Source of the DNA: an uncultured Granulosicoccaceae bacterium
Lineage (GTDB): Bacteria > Pseudomonadota > Gammaproteobacteria > Granulosicoccales > Granulosicoccaceae
DNA: 64,000 nucleotides
Assembly (NCBI GenBank): GCA_964550655.1
Contig: CAZKAQ010000001.1
Location: forward strand, 16,536-80,535
Direction: 5' to 3'
The stretch's first letter is position 1. Each line of letters starts with the position of its first letter. The position numbers were made by a program, and so were the translations under genes. The notes under the pieces are model-generated. The model worked only from the letters and a program-made list of their open reading frames with translations, did no database searches and was not told the origin of the DNA. This document shows positions 1-9,584 of this stretch, piece after piece.

Positions 1-893
1 TGGCTGAATCCTTTGATCGGACGCTTGATAGCCTGAGGGATTTTGATCGTGGTTTTCTGCCACAACGTGATGTCAGCAGCGAACAATTGGCGGCCAGTAT
101 CGAGCAGGCTGTAGGCAAGTTATTCAATCAGGATGCACCCTCCGTGCTGCTGGTCGATGAGCTGTCTGCAAATGCACTGGCAGGTTCCGAAAGAATCCGC
201 ATTCGCCGCGATGCGCGGTTTAACGACAAAGATATTGCACAGCTGATCCACCATGAAGCGGGCATACATGTCACCACATCGCTCAACGGTAAATACCAGC
301 AACAACTGCCAATACTGGGTGCGAGCCATGCGGGTACCACGTGCACACAGGAAGGTCTGGCGGTTTTTGCCGAATTTATTACCGGTTCCATGGATCTTGA
401 GCGTTTGCGACGCCTTGCTCAACGCACGATTGCCATAAAAATGGCAGCTGACGGTGCGGATTTCATCGAAGTCTATCAATACTTTCTGCAACGCACCGGT
501 GCCGAGGTTCAGGCTTTTGAAAATACCCGGCGGGTTTTCCGTGGCGGTGTGGTCGCAGGCGGGGCGCCGTTCACCAAGGATCACGTCTACCTCGATGGTT
601 TGATCCGGGTACATAATTTTCTGCGCACACTGGTATCTCAGGGTCGGCCGGATTGTTTACCGCTGTTGTTTTGCGGCAAGCTTGATCTGGAAGATATCCC
701 GGTGCTTGCCGAACTATCACAAGCCGGAATATGTCAGCGGCCCAGGTATTTGCCGGAATGGGCCAGTGACATGCGTTTTCTGTTAAGTTATCTGGCTTAC
801 TCCGCTTTTTTGAATACCATCGATCTGCAGGCAGTTGGCTCGCATTATGAACAGTTACTTATGAATGCGCCGCTTGTTGAACTGGATAGTTGA
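1..893 (+). CDS. DUF1704 / MATCAP-like metallocarboxypeptidase-family protein ('QEGLA motif protein'), 5'-truncated by the window edge
   Basis: The frame is open from nt 3, so the track start at 87 is an internal TTG. The motifs HHEAGIH (HExxxH) and CTQEGLAVFAE (QEGLA) are present. Stop at 891-893. Confidence 0.8.
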   Translation, partial: AESFDRTLDSLRDFDRGFLPQRDVSSEQLAASIEQAVGKLFNQDAPSVLLVDELSANALAGSERIRIRRDARFNDKDIAQLIHHEAGIHVTTSLNGKYQQQLPILGASHAGTTCTQEGLAVFAEFITGSMDLERLRRLAQRTIAIKMAADGADFIEVYQYFLQRTGAEVQAFENTRRVFRGGVVAGGAPFTKDHVYLDGLIRVHNFLRTLVSQGRPDCLPLLFCGKLDLEDIPVLAELSQAGICQRPRYLPEWASDMRFLLSYLAYSAFLNTIDLQAVGSHYEQLLMNAPLVELDS

Positions 894-912
894 TCACCTG
901 ATTTTGGATTAA

Positions 913-3900
913 ATGAATTCTGTAAACCCACAAGATCCCGTTGTTCCTGCAGCAAGCACCACAAGTACTGTGCAGTCCAATCCATTTGGCAAAGCAGATA
1001 TGCTGCGCGCCTGTGAAATTGAGTTCGACGAGGCGACCCGTAATCGCGCCAGGCAATACGCAGAATCGGGTGCTGTTCAACAGTTGGCGTTCAATGGCGT
1101 AAAAACACTGACAGCGACCGTCAAAGGTTCTGAAGACAAAGAATATCAGCTGAAAGTCGACATCACCCGTGGGCGCGAGAACCTGAGCCTGCGGGGAATC
1201 TGCAGTTGTCCGGTACGAATCAACTGCAAACATGTTGGCGCTGCCTTGTACACCTGGGTAGAAAGCGAGGATGCACCGATTGCAGGAGCGGACTCGGTTG
1301 CTATCTGGCGCAATGCATTGAACAACCAGACCGAACTCGAAGACCCACAACTTTCTGCTGATAGTGTTGTGGTGTTGTACCGCATACGTCAGACCCGCAT
1401 GAAGCAGGACGTGCGCTATTCAGTTGCCGCATTTTCTGCGCGTAAGCTACGCAGTGGCGGGCTCGGCAAGTCATCGCCATTGCCGCTCGATCGTCGTCAT
1501 TTTGATTCCTCTGATTTAAGCAGCCGCGATGCACGCATTTGCAACGCACTGATCGGTTTGAAAGACAGCCCCTCTGGTCTGCACCTGAGCGGCGAGCATG
1601 GCTACATGGTTTTTCGCTGGATGGTTGAAAGTGGCAATTGCTATTACGAGGCGTTCGACAGCAAGCCGTTGCGCATAGATGTAAACCGCAGCATTGCTGC
1701 AGAGTGGCGGGAGGCGAATGAAGAACTACGCAAACTTAAGCTGTCACTAACCGGTAGTCACGAATCTTTTGTGAGTCTGCCAACACAGCCACCTTGGTAT
1801 GTGATACCCGATTCGGCACGTTGCGGAGTCATTGATACCGATGTGCCGCCACGTTTTCTGGCAGGCGTACCGTATCTTCCGGCTGTCGCAGAAGAAGATG
1901 CCATGCGAATCTCGGAACTTATGGTCGAGTCGCTGGAGGCAGTTGATTTGCCGTTACCGGCAACAGTTGATATCAGACAGATAGCCGGCGTCAAGCCAAA
2001 CGGTGTCATTATTCTCACCGCTCGCAAGGACGCCAGCGGCACTCATCGTTATGCTGAAATTCTGGTTGACTACGATGGTGCGCGTTTGCCTCATATGATG
2101 GCCATTGATGGCGAAAAAGAATTTCTTCATCGCCAGGCCGATGGACAGTTTGTTCGTGTAGTCAGAATGGCTGAGGATGAACTGGCCTTGATCAATGAAC
2201 TTACCGGATCAAATCTGCCTGAATGGGTAACCACCCGTCAGTCCAGGGGTTCCATAATCATGAACGTTGAGGCCAAGACCTCGCGTGACATGGTGCTATG
2301 GCAGGATCTAATAGACGGCAAGCTGTCTGATCTTCGGCAGAATGGCTGGATTATCGAACGCACACCGGAGTTTGAGTTCCGCATCGTTACCTCCAAAGAA
2401 TGGCAGATGAATGTTGATCATTCGCCGGCAAATAACTGGTTTGATCTGGCGCTGAATTTTGTCATCGATGGTCAGTCCATTTCTTTGATCCCGATCCTTG
2501 CAAGCTTTGTTGAGCGTGTCGGGCCGGATCTGCCGCGCTACCTTGACGACCCCGACGCATCTGCCACGGTTTGGCTTGATGAAGAAACATTGATCGAATT
2601 TCCGATAAGCCATATTCGTCCTGTGCTCGAAGTATTGATTGAAATGCATGAACACGAAGATGGCAAATTGCGCTTTTCAGATTTACAGGCAACTGTGATC
2701 AATGACATCGCACAAGGCATAGAAGAAGTCGGTGAAGTAGAACTCGACTGGGAAGTCTCCGGCAGGTTAGGAGAATTGCTGCAAAAAATAAAAGACTTCA
2801 ACGGCATAGATGATGTGCCTGTGCCGGGTTCCTTGACTGCAGAATTACGAGACTACCAGCGCGATGGTCTTAATTGGCTGCAGTTTCTGCGCGAGTTTGG
2901 TTTTGGCGGCATCCTTGCCGATGACATGGGATTGGGTAAGACAGTGCAGGCGCTTGCCACTATTCTGGTAGAAAAACAGTCAGGACGGGCGACTGCGCCT
3001 TCGTTGGTGGTAGCGCCGACAAGTTTAATGGGTAACTGGCGTCGCGAAGCTGAGAAGTTTGCACCTGATCTAAAAGTCGTTGTGTTGCACGGCACTGATC
3101 GCGCAGAACACTTCAATACACTGCAGCAGAATGACCTCCTGTTGACAACCTATGCACTGTTGACACGAGATCACGAAGTACACAGTAAGTTTGAGTACCA
3201 CTATCTTATCCTTGATGAAGCACAGGCAATTAAGAATCCGGCCACTAAACAGGCAAAAGCAGTCAGTGAGGTCAATGCAAAACATAAACTCTGCCTGACA
3301 GGTACACCGGTTGAAAATCATTTGGGTGAAGTGTGGTCGCAGTTCCGGTTTCTGATGCCGGGCTTTTTTGGTGATCAGAAGCAATTCAATCGAACCTTTA
3401 GAAATCCGATAGAAAAATCTTCAGATTCACTGGCATCAAAAGCGCTGACTAATCGTCTCAAGCCATTTGTTATGCGTCGTAGTAAAGATGCTGTAGCGTC
3501 TGAACTGCCGTCTAAAACAGAAATCATCCATCGCGTAACTTTGCATCCGGAACAGTCCGTATTGTATGAGGGCATACGTGCGGCGATGGAAGCCCGGGTC
3601 AGAAAAGCCCTGGCGGAGAGTGGTCTTGCTCAAAGTCATATTACCGTACTTGATGCCTTACTAAGGCTACGTCAAACCTGTCTTGACCCAAGACTTGTAA
3701 AGATGCAGAACGCGCAGAATATCTTTGCTTCGGCCAAGCTTGATGCACTTATGGAAATACTGCCAACGTTTGTTGAAGAGGGACGCAAGGTTTTACTGTT
3801 CTCGCAGTTTACCGAGATGCTGGCTTTGATCGAAGACAAGATAGTTGAGGCGGGAATCAGTTATACCAAGCTCACCGGTAAAACAAAAAAACGCGATGAA

Positions 3901-4233
3901 GTAGTAGATGAGTTTCAGGCCGGCAAAGTGTCAGTCTTTTTGATTTCCTTAAAAGCCGGTGGCACCGGTTTGAACCTGACTATGGCAGATACTGTGATTC
4001 TCTATGATCCGTGGTGGAATCCTGCAGTTGAGAATCAGGCAATTGATCGGGCTCATCGTATTGGTCAGGATAAACCCGTGTTTGTTTATCGTATGATCAC
4101 AGAGCAAACAGTTGAAGAAAAGATTGTCGAGATGCAGGAACGCAAGCGTAAATTGGCCAACATTGTTGTAGAGAATCAGGAGCAAGGGCTTGGCAAACTT
4201 GAACAAGACGATATTCTCGATCTTTTCACCTGA
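913..4233 (+). CDS. SNF2-family DEAD/DEAH helicase with N-terminal SWIM zinc finger
   Basis: SWIM CxCxnCxH: 'CSCPVRINCKHVGAALY'. SNF2_N motifs: 'GGILADDMGLGKTVQ' and 'LILDEAQAIKN'. Helicase C: 'LISLKAGGTGLNLTMADTVILYDPWWNPAVENQAIDRAHRIGQ'. Confidence 0.9.
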   Translation: MNSVNPQDPVVPAASTTSTVQSNPFGKADMLRACEIEFDEATRNRARQYAESGAVQQLAFNGVKTLTATVKGSEDKEYQLKVDITRGRENLSLRGICSCPVRINCKHVGAALYTWVESEDAPIAGADSVAIWRNALNNQTELEDPQLSADSVVVLYRIRQTRMKQDVRYSVAAFSARKLRSGGLGKSSPLPLDRRHFDSSDLSSRDARICNALIGLKDSPSGLHLSGEHGYMVFRWMVESGNCYYEAFDSKPLRIDVNRSIAAEWREANEELRKLKLSLTGSHESFVSLPTQPPWYVIPDSARCGVIDTDVPPRFLAGVPYLPAVAEEDAMRISELMVESLEAVDLPLPATVDIRQIAGVKPNGVIILTARKDASGTHRYAEILVDYDGARLPHMMAIDGEKEFLHRQADGQFVRVVRMAEDELALINELTGSNLPEWVTTRQSRGSIIMNVEAKTSRDMVLWQDLIDGKLSDLRQNGWIIERTPEFEFRIVTSKEWQMNVDHSPANNWFDLALNFVIDGQSISLIPILASFVERVGPDLPRYLDDPDASATVWLDEETLIEFPISHIRPVLEVLIEMHEHEDGKLRFSDLQATVINDIAQGIEEVGEVELDWEVSGRLGELLQKIKDFNGIDDVPVPGSLTAELRDYQRDGLNWLQFLREFGFGGILADDMGLGKTVQALATILVEKQSGRATAPSLVVAPTSLMGNWRREAEKFAPDLKVVVLHGTDRAEHFNTLQQNDLLLTTYALLTRDHEVHSKFEYHYLILDEAQAIKNPATKQAKAVSEVNAKHKLCLTGTPVENHLGEVWSQFRFLMPGFFGDQKQFNRTFRNPIEKSSDSLASKALTNRLKPFVMRRSKDAVASELPSKTEIIHRVTLHPEQSVLYEGIRAAMEARVRKALAESGLAQSHITVLDALLRLRQTCLDPRLVKMQNAQNIFASAKLDALMEILPTFVEEGRKVLLFSQFTEMLALIEDKIVEAGISYTKLTGKTKKRDEVVDEFQAGKVSVFLISLKAGGTGLNLTMADTVILYDPWWNPAVENQAIDRAHRIGQDKPVFVYRMITEQTVEEKIVEMQERKRKLANIVVENQEQGLGKLEQDDILDLFT

Positions 4234-4269
4234 GCACCTGTAGCGGCAGCCGTCACCAAAGATGGCTCT

Positions 4270-4950
4270 CTAACGCCATGCAAATCTGGGTTGTCCAAAG
4301 TGTGCGACGCGGGTTGTTCTGCCCAGTAGTGCAACTTCTCTGAACTGGTACATGATAGCGGCTGTCGGACTATAAATAGTAGTGCCGACGCTTGGTAAAT
4401 AGAGAGACATGACATCATGTTCTGTAGCTGCGGTATTATTTTCGACGTTTTGTCCCGGTAATATGTCGGACTCTTCTCTCTCATGACTTAAATTAAGATC
4501 AATTGAGGCAAGTTCTGCCAGTGGAACCTGATAGACCGCGGTAACCTCATCAGGGTTTGCTTTTAGACTGTTAAGATCATCAATCCAGACTACCACCGGG
4601 GTGATATTAAAGCCCGAGTGAGTCGGCATATCATCCAGAAGCCCGAGTACAGAATTCTCACTCTGCTGTAAGCCCAGTTCTTCCTGTAATTCTCTTAGCG
4701 CCGCTTCAACTATGGATTCGTCTTTATCTACTTTGCCACCGGGCAAGGCAAACTGGCCGGCGTGTTTTCGAAGTTTGTTGCTTCTTTGAGTTAGCAATAT
4801 ACAGGCAGAGGATGAGTCATCTATAACGGAAACACCAACGACTACCGCGGCCGGAGTCAGTTGATCGGATGCGCTGCCTGTACGATTAAACCTATTTAAT
4901 CTGAGCTGTATCTGTTCGCGCAGTTCCCGGCTGTGGTCTACATTCGGCAC
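4270..4950 (-). CDS. Nudix hydrolase, CoA pyrophosphatase type
   Basis: Nudix box 'GGKVDKDESIVEAALRELQEELGL', preceded by the CoAse-type signature 'LLTQRSNKLRKHAGQFALPGG'. GTG start at 4950. Confidence 0.85.
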   Translation of the reverse strand: MPNVDHSRELREQIQLRLNRFNRTGSASDQLTPAAVVVGVSVIDDSSSACILLTQRSNKLRKHAGQFALPGGKVDKDESIVEAALRELQEELGLQQSENSVLGLLDDMPTHSGFNITPVVVWIDDLNSLKANPDEVTAVYQVPLAELASIDLNLSHEREESDILPGQNVENNTAATEHDVMSLYLPSVGTTIYSPTAAIMYQFREVALLGRTTRVAHFGQPRFAWR

Positions 4951-4982
4951 TGTCTAACCTGTCTGCTTGATTATTCGGGTTT

Positions 4983-5528
4983 TCAAAATGCCGAGCCGGG
5001 CGTCTTTAGAAATTCCAGTTCCTCTGTACTGGATTCTCTGTTGAGTATCTTATTGCGGTGAGGGTAGCGGCCGAACTGATTGATGATCTTCTGATGGCGT
5101 AACTCGTATTCAATTGAGTTGTCCAGACCTGTGCTTTTAAAAAGTTCTACTGCAACCTCATGAATTACGGCTGACTCACTATGCATATATGGCATGAGCA
5201 GAAAAGACTGCTTTATTGGATCAAGATCATCAAGGCAACCATGTGAAACTGCCTCCTGCGCTAACGCGAGTGCAAGCGGATCACTTTCGAAAGCAAGTGG
5301 CGTATTTCGGTGAATATTTCGCGAGAATTGATCAAGGACAATAATTTCAGCCAATCGACCCTCCGCGTCTTTTCGCCAGTGGAATAGCTCTGATTTTGCA
5401 GCTGACGCCTGCAGCTGGCTGAACTGTGCGGTTAACAGCAAATCAAATTCATCATCTTTTTTAAACCACTGTTTACTGTCTATGGCATTGAACCAGAAAT
5501 CGATGATGTACTCGGGTGTTTGTGACAT
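4983..5528 (-). CDS. DUF924 family protein
   Basis: The N-terminus 'IIDFWFNAIDSKQWFKKDDEFD' and 'LDQFSRNIHRNTPLAF' match the pattern I recall for DUF924. ATG start. Confidence 0.7.
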   Translation of the reverse strand: MSQTPEYIIDFWFNAIDSKQWFKKDDEFDLLLTAQFSQLQASAAKSELFHWRKDAEGRLAEIIVLDQFSRNIHRNTPLAFESDPLALALAQEAVSHGCLDDLDPIKQSFLLMPYMHSESAVIHEVAVELFKSTGLDNSIEYELRHQKIINQFGRYPHRNKILNRESSTEELEFLKTPGSAF

Positions 5529-5655
5529 ATCTATTATTTATTGATAGTGGTGGATTGATACCGGTTTTATAAAACGCGCTTTGATCGATTTTAAATTAAG
5601 TCGCGTTCATATAGTAGCGCTGATCTGAAAGGAGTTAAATTCATGATCACCGGGG

Positions 5656-6657
5656 TCATGTTGTACTTTTATCCAGGTAGTCATCAATATAGTCTTGCAC
5701 GACTGCTTCCAGAGAGCTGTCGACTGGCAGGCCAAGCTTCATGGCCCTGTTGTTATCAATCTGCGTTGGCCAGCCGGATACTATTGTCGCAATAGATTCA
5801 TCCGGCTCGATGATATGCTCGCCAAGATGACGATTGCCTGCGACATTTTTCAGTGCCGTCATCATCGCTTCAACAGTGGCATTGATTGCCGGCAGGCCCA
5901 CCGCCCGGTCTGTGCCAAGCTCGTTTGCCGGTACTTCAGCCAAACAGATAATTCCATTTACTATGTTGCGGTAACCGAGTACCGGCATCATTTGCTTCGG
6001 ATCTACCGGAATCTTGCAGGCCTGCCCTGTTAAAGGCTCGCGAAACAAACCGCTGACGAAACTCGATGCTGCCAGATTGGGTTTTCCGGGCCTTACAATA
6101 ACGGTTGGCAGTCTGGCGCTGCGACCATCGAGAAAGCCCTTGCGGCTATAGTCATTGATCAGTAGCTCACCGATAGCTTTTGTTACACCGTAAGTAGTTT
6201 GTGGTGTGAGCTTGGTCGCGTCACTGACCTGTTCAGGCATGGTGTCGCCGCCGAAGCCCGCCAGTGAACTGGTAAATACAACACGGGCATTGTTGTTTTG
6301 TGCTCTGATGGATTCCAGTAGATAGCGGGTGCCATCAAGATTTACTTTTAAGGCAAGATCAAAATCCTGTTCGCCGTGGCCGCTGACAATCGAGGCGAGA
6401 TGAAAAACTACATCGTATGTGTGATCAAAAAGCAAGCTTAGCTGGTGCTTGTCAGAGATATCGCCAAGCCGGGTTTCAACTAGGTGATGCTCTTTCAGAC
6501 CATCGTGCCAGTAAACCGGTTCTGCCACATCTGCCAGCACTATCTTTGTAATATCTGCTGTCGGCTGGCGGTCGAGGTTCAGTTTTCGTAATCTCAGACA
6601 TTCAAGTGCCAGCCTTTGACCAATGAAGCCCGCACCACCGGTAATAAGTATATTCAT
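5656..6657 (-). CDS. NAD-dependent epimerase/dehydratase (extended SDR) family protein
   Basis: N-terminal Rossmann motif 'MNILITGGAGFIGQRL' and a YxxxK-like 'YGVTKAIGE'. Confidence 0.8.
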   Translation of the reverse strand: MNILITGGAGFIGQRLALECLRLRKLNLDRQPTADITKIVLADVAEPVYWHDGLKEHHLVETRLGDISDKHQLSLLFDHTYDVVFHLASIVSGHGEQDFDLALKVNLDGTRYLLESIRAQNNNARVVFTSSLAGFGGDTMPEQVSDATKLTPQTTYGVTKAIGELLINDYSRKGFLDGRSARLPTVIVRPGKPNLAASSFVSGLFREPLTGQACKIPVDPKQMMPVLGYRNIVNGIICLAEVPANELGTDRAVGLPAINATVEAMMTALKNVAGNRHLGEHIIEPDESIATIVSGWPTQIDNNRAMKLGLPVDSSLEAVVQDYIDDYLDKSTT

Positions 6658-6783
6658 CTTGTTTATCCCGGATTATTGTTCATACGGCGAGCATATCGTG
6701 CAGAGGTTTGTTTTCACAGTGCCTTGTCTTTAAATCTTAGGTATTCTTGTATCAGACAGACAACCAGATAGCAGAGGATTTTA

Positions 6784-7485
6784 ATGTCGATTCATCCGGA
6801 TCTTGATCTCCAGGGCACAATACGACCCGGGCTGGATATCCTTGCGAATGAAATTATCATCGGGCTTAAGAAACGATTGCGTTACACAAAAAACCCCCGT
6901 ATCTACCAACCTGGCCTGGTCATTTCAACACCGGCACAGTCGTTACTTGAATATGAGCTGGGGCAGGTGGAGCGTTGTCATGCTGAACTTGGCAGATATG
7001 TGTTTGCAACGCAGGATGCCTACACCGATGTATCAGAGGTGTCGAGCGTTATCAAGCGTGATAAACCGCAAAGTCCTGTCAGAGTCATGGCCAGTGGGGT
7101 TGGACAGCGGATTATTGAATTCTACCTGCGTTGGATAGATCAATATTGTACTGACAGCGATGAATCCAACACCTATGGTGAAACGGTTACCGCTGATGTT
7201 GCTGTACTGCTTGCCATCATGGAGCGTGTTAACCTGGGAAAGCAGGTTGCCGAATCAAAATTTGTTGAATTAACCGATGACTTCATTGCAACTGGTGGTG
7301 ACAGAGAAGCCATGCTTAAGCTGATCGTACGCAAAGATCGTGAACAAAAAGTGATTGAGCTTTCCAGAAACCTGGCCAGACACTATGAGCTGCCCGAGTC
7401 GGCAGCGGTTGACGTATTTGAGTTTATGATTGCAGTAACGGTTGATATAGAAGTAGATTATTTGCACATGCGGCTTGGTGATTGA
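6784..7485 (+). CDS. Chorismate mutase, AroQ class, eukaryote (ARO7)-type long form
   Basis: Collinear with yeast ARO7 as I recall it. 'TYGETVTADVAVLLAIMERVNLGKQVAESKF' aligns to '[31 protein letters not shown]'. 'FEFMIAVTVDIEVDYLHMRL' aligns to 'YKEIVIPITKEVEVEYLLRRL'. Counterparts of the catalytic residues R16, R157, K168, T242 and E246 are present. Confidence 0.7.
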   Translation: MSIHPDLDLQGTIRPGLDILANEIIIGLKKRLRYTKNPRIYQPGLVISTPAQSLLEYELGQVERCHAELGRYVFATQDAYTDVSEVSSVIKRDKPQSPVRVMASGVGQRIIEFYLRWIDQYCTDSDESNTYGETVTADVAVLLAIMERVNLGKQVAESKFVELTDDFIATGGDREAMLKLIVRKDREQKVIELSRNLARHYELPESAAVDVFEFMIAVTVDIEVDYLHMRLGD

Positions 7486-7753
7486 ATAGCAAAAAATAGT
7501 AAATCTCAATTCTTCGAGTTATACAAAGACACTATAGATCTAATCCCGAGATCTGCGGGATATTTAATCACGGACTCAAACTGCTTATAAGCAAATCATC
7601 TGTAGTATAATGCTTTCGAAAATTAGCGTATCTGCTTGCTGCACTGTCATAGTGCGGTCTGATAATCCAAAACGCGGCGGTCATTCGCGATAACTACTAC
7701 CTGCTACCCATCTGATCTGTTCGGGATTTGAATGTGCGGAATAATCCACACCA

Positions 7754-9538
7754 ATGAATAACTATTTAACACTTCTGCTAAGCGAGGCGAAACTTCGTTT
7801 TGTACCTTTTCTGGACTGGATTTTTGAACTTAAAAACCCGGCTGTTTTAAGGGCTGATGTGATTGCGGGAATCACTGTTGCCTTAGTGTTAATTCCGCAA
7901 TCTATGGCCTATGCGCAACTTGCAGGCCTGCCGCCGCAAATGGGCTTGTATGCCGCATTTCTGGTGCCCATTGTTGCCGCGTTGTTCGGTTCCTCCAGAC
8001 AACTACAAAATGGTCCTGTGGCGATTATTTCTTTAATGACAGCAGCGGCACTGTTACCGCTGAACTTAGAGGCCACACAATATATTGCCTACGCCGCGAT
8101 GATTGCTATTCTGGCGGGTGTTATACAAATGGTGCTGGGTTTTTTACGTTTGGGCGTAATGGTGGATTTCCTTTCCCATCCGGTGGTTATCGGTTTTACC
8201 AACGCCGCTGCAATCGTCATCGCCAGCACTCAAATTGGTAAAATTCTCGGCGTAAATCCTGAAGCCGGTGAACATCTCTACAACACTTTATGGAATGTTC
8301 TTTTGGCTGTACCGCAAACACATTTTGCGACTCTGGCGATGGGTCTTTTTTCTCTCGCATTACTGTTTGGTTTAAAAAAATTCGCACCCAAACTGCCAAA
8401 TATCATTCTTACGATAATTGTCACGATTCTGGTTTCGTGGGCAATTGGCTATGAAAAAATGAACGGTGCTATTGTCGGTGAAATCGAGAGTGGCCTGCCT
8501 TCGCTTGTGATGCCGGTTATAGATTCCGAACATATCGGGTTCCTGATGTTGCCTGCTTTTATGATCGCTCTGTTAAGTTTTGTAGAAGCATTTTCGATCG
8601 CAAAAGCCGTTGCATCTAAAACTCGCCAACATCTCTCTGCAGATCAGGAAATGGTTGGTAAGGGTCTGGCCAATATTGTTGCAGGGGTAACTCAGGGCTA
8701 TGCGGTTTCGGGGTCTTTCTCACGCACGGCAGTCGCTTTTGATGCCGGTGCAAAAACAGGCTTTGCGGCTATCGTATCCGGAATTATTGTCGGCATTACC
8801 TTATTGTTTTTGACACCTTTGCTTTATCACTTACCTGTGGCTACTCTTGCGGCTGTAATCATTGTTGCTGTCATAAGTTTGTTTCACTTTGAACCATTCA
8901 AACACGCCTGGAAGGTAAATCCACATGATGGTTTTGTTGCATTAATAACTTTCCTGACAACCTTATATTTCGCACCTCATTTGGAATGGGGTATTCTTGT
9001 TGGTGTTGTTTTATCGTTGGTTTTTTATATTTATCGCACCATGCAACCGCATTTTGCTGAAGTAGCGTTGAACGATGAAGGTGTCTACCGGGATGCCCAT
9101 CTAAATTCACTCGAAACCAGCGAAACAGTTGCTTTCTATCGTTATGATGGAGATCTCTACTTTGCAAATGCAGGTTATTTGGAGCGTAAGCTGCTTAATG
9201 CCGTGGCTGACAAGCCAAACCTTAAAGTCATTGTTCTGGATCTGGAAGCGGTAGATCAAATCGATGCCACAGGAGAGGAAATGCTCGGCCACATGTCTTC
9301 GCGCCTGGCGGAGGCAGGAATAGAATTCTATTTCTCCCGTGTTAAGTTCAAAGTAGTGGATGCGCTCAAGCGCTCGGGGCTATACGACAGAATCGGTGCT
9401 GAGCATTTCTATGTTAAGCGTATCCGTGCAATCAAGGCAATTAAGGAAAAGTATGGTGATAGCGTGGATGTCAGCCACCTGATTTATCATAAGCCAGTAG
9501 AGAATACAGAATCCGGCGATGATCAACTAACTAGGTAA
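7754..9538 (+). CDS. SulP-family inorganic anion transporter with C-terminal STAS domain
   Basis: About 10-12 hydrophobic segments, 'GITVALVLIPQSMAYAQLAGLPP', and a C-terminal STAS-like 'VIVLDLEAVDQIDATGEEML'. Confidence 0.9.
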   Translation: MNNYLTLLLSEAKLRFVPFLDWIFELKNPAVLRADVIAGITVALVLIPQSMAYAQLAGLPPQMGLYAAFLVPIVAALFGSSRQLQNGPVAIISLMTAAALLPLNLEATQYIAYAAMIAILAGVIQMVLGFLRLGVMVDFLSHPVVIGFTNAAAIVIASTQIGKILGVNPEAGEHLYNTLWNVLLAVPQTHFATLAMGLFSLALLFGLKKFAPKLPNIILTIIVTILVSWAIGYEKMNGAIVGEIESGLPSLVMPVIDSEHIGFLMLPAFMIALLSFVEAFSIAKAVASKTRQHLSADQEMVGKGLANIVAGVTQGYAVSGSFSRTAVAFDAGAKTGFAAIVSGIIVGITLLFLTPLLYHLPVATLAAVIIVAVISLFHFEPFKHAWKVNPHDGFVALITFLTTLYFAPHLEWGILVGVVLSLVFYIYRTMQPHFAEVALNDEGVYRDAHLNSLETSETVAFYRYDGDLYFANAGYLERKLLNAVADKPNLKVIVLDLEAVDQIDATGEEMLGHMSSRLAEAGIEFYFSRVKFKVVDALKRSGLYDRIGAEHFYVKRIRAIKAIKEKYGDSVDVSHLIYHKPVENTESGDDQLTR

Positions 9539-9584
9539 ACATTGATGTGACTAGCCCGGATTAGTCAGCCGGTTTTCTGTTCAA

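Noticed and set aside
120-614. Many long antisense or shadow ORFs appear in the track. Examples: 120-614(-), 859-1350(-), 32064-32531(+), 35414-35833(+), 39848-40378(-), 50775-51281(+), 53318-53758(-), 58810-59199(-).
   Set aside because: Each lies entirely inside, and antisense or out of frame to, a gene with strong family motifs. Their translations are low-complexity or Cys/Arg/Ser-rich with no recognisable domains, which is typical of shadow ORFs.
5653-5799. A small plus-strand ORF (MITGVMLYFYPGSHQ...) preceded by a strong SD-like 'AAAGGAG' 8 nt upstream of the ATG.
   Set aside because: It runs antisense through the 3' end of the SDR epimerase gene. Its translation is Cys/Trp/Leu-rich and not protein-like. 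The AGGAG is probably fortuitous. It would need ribosome-profiling evidence.
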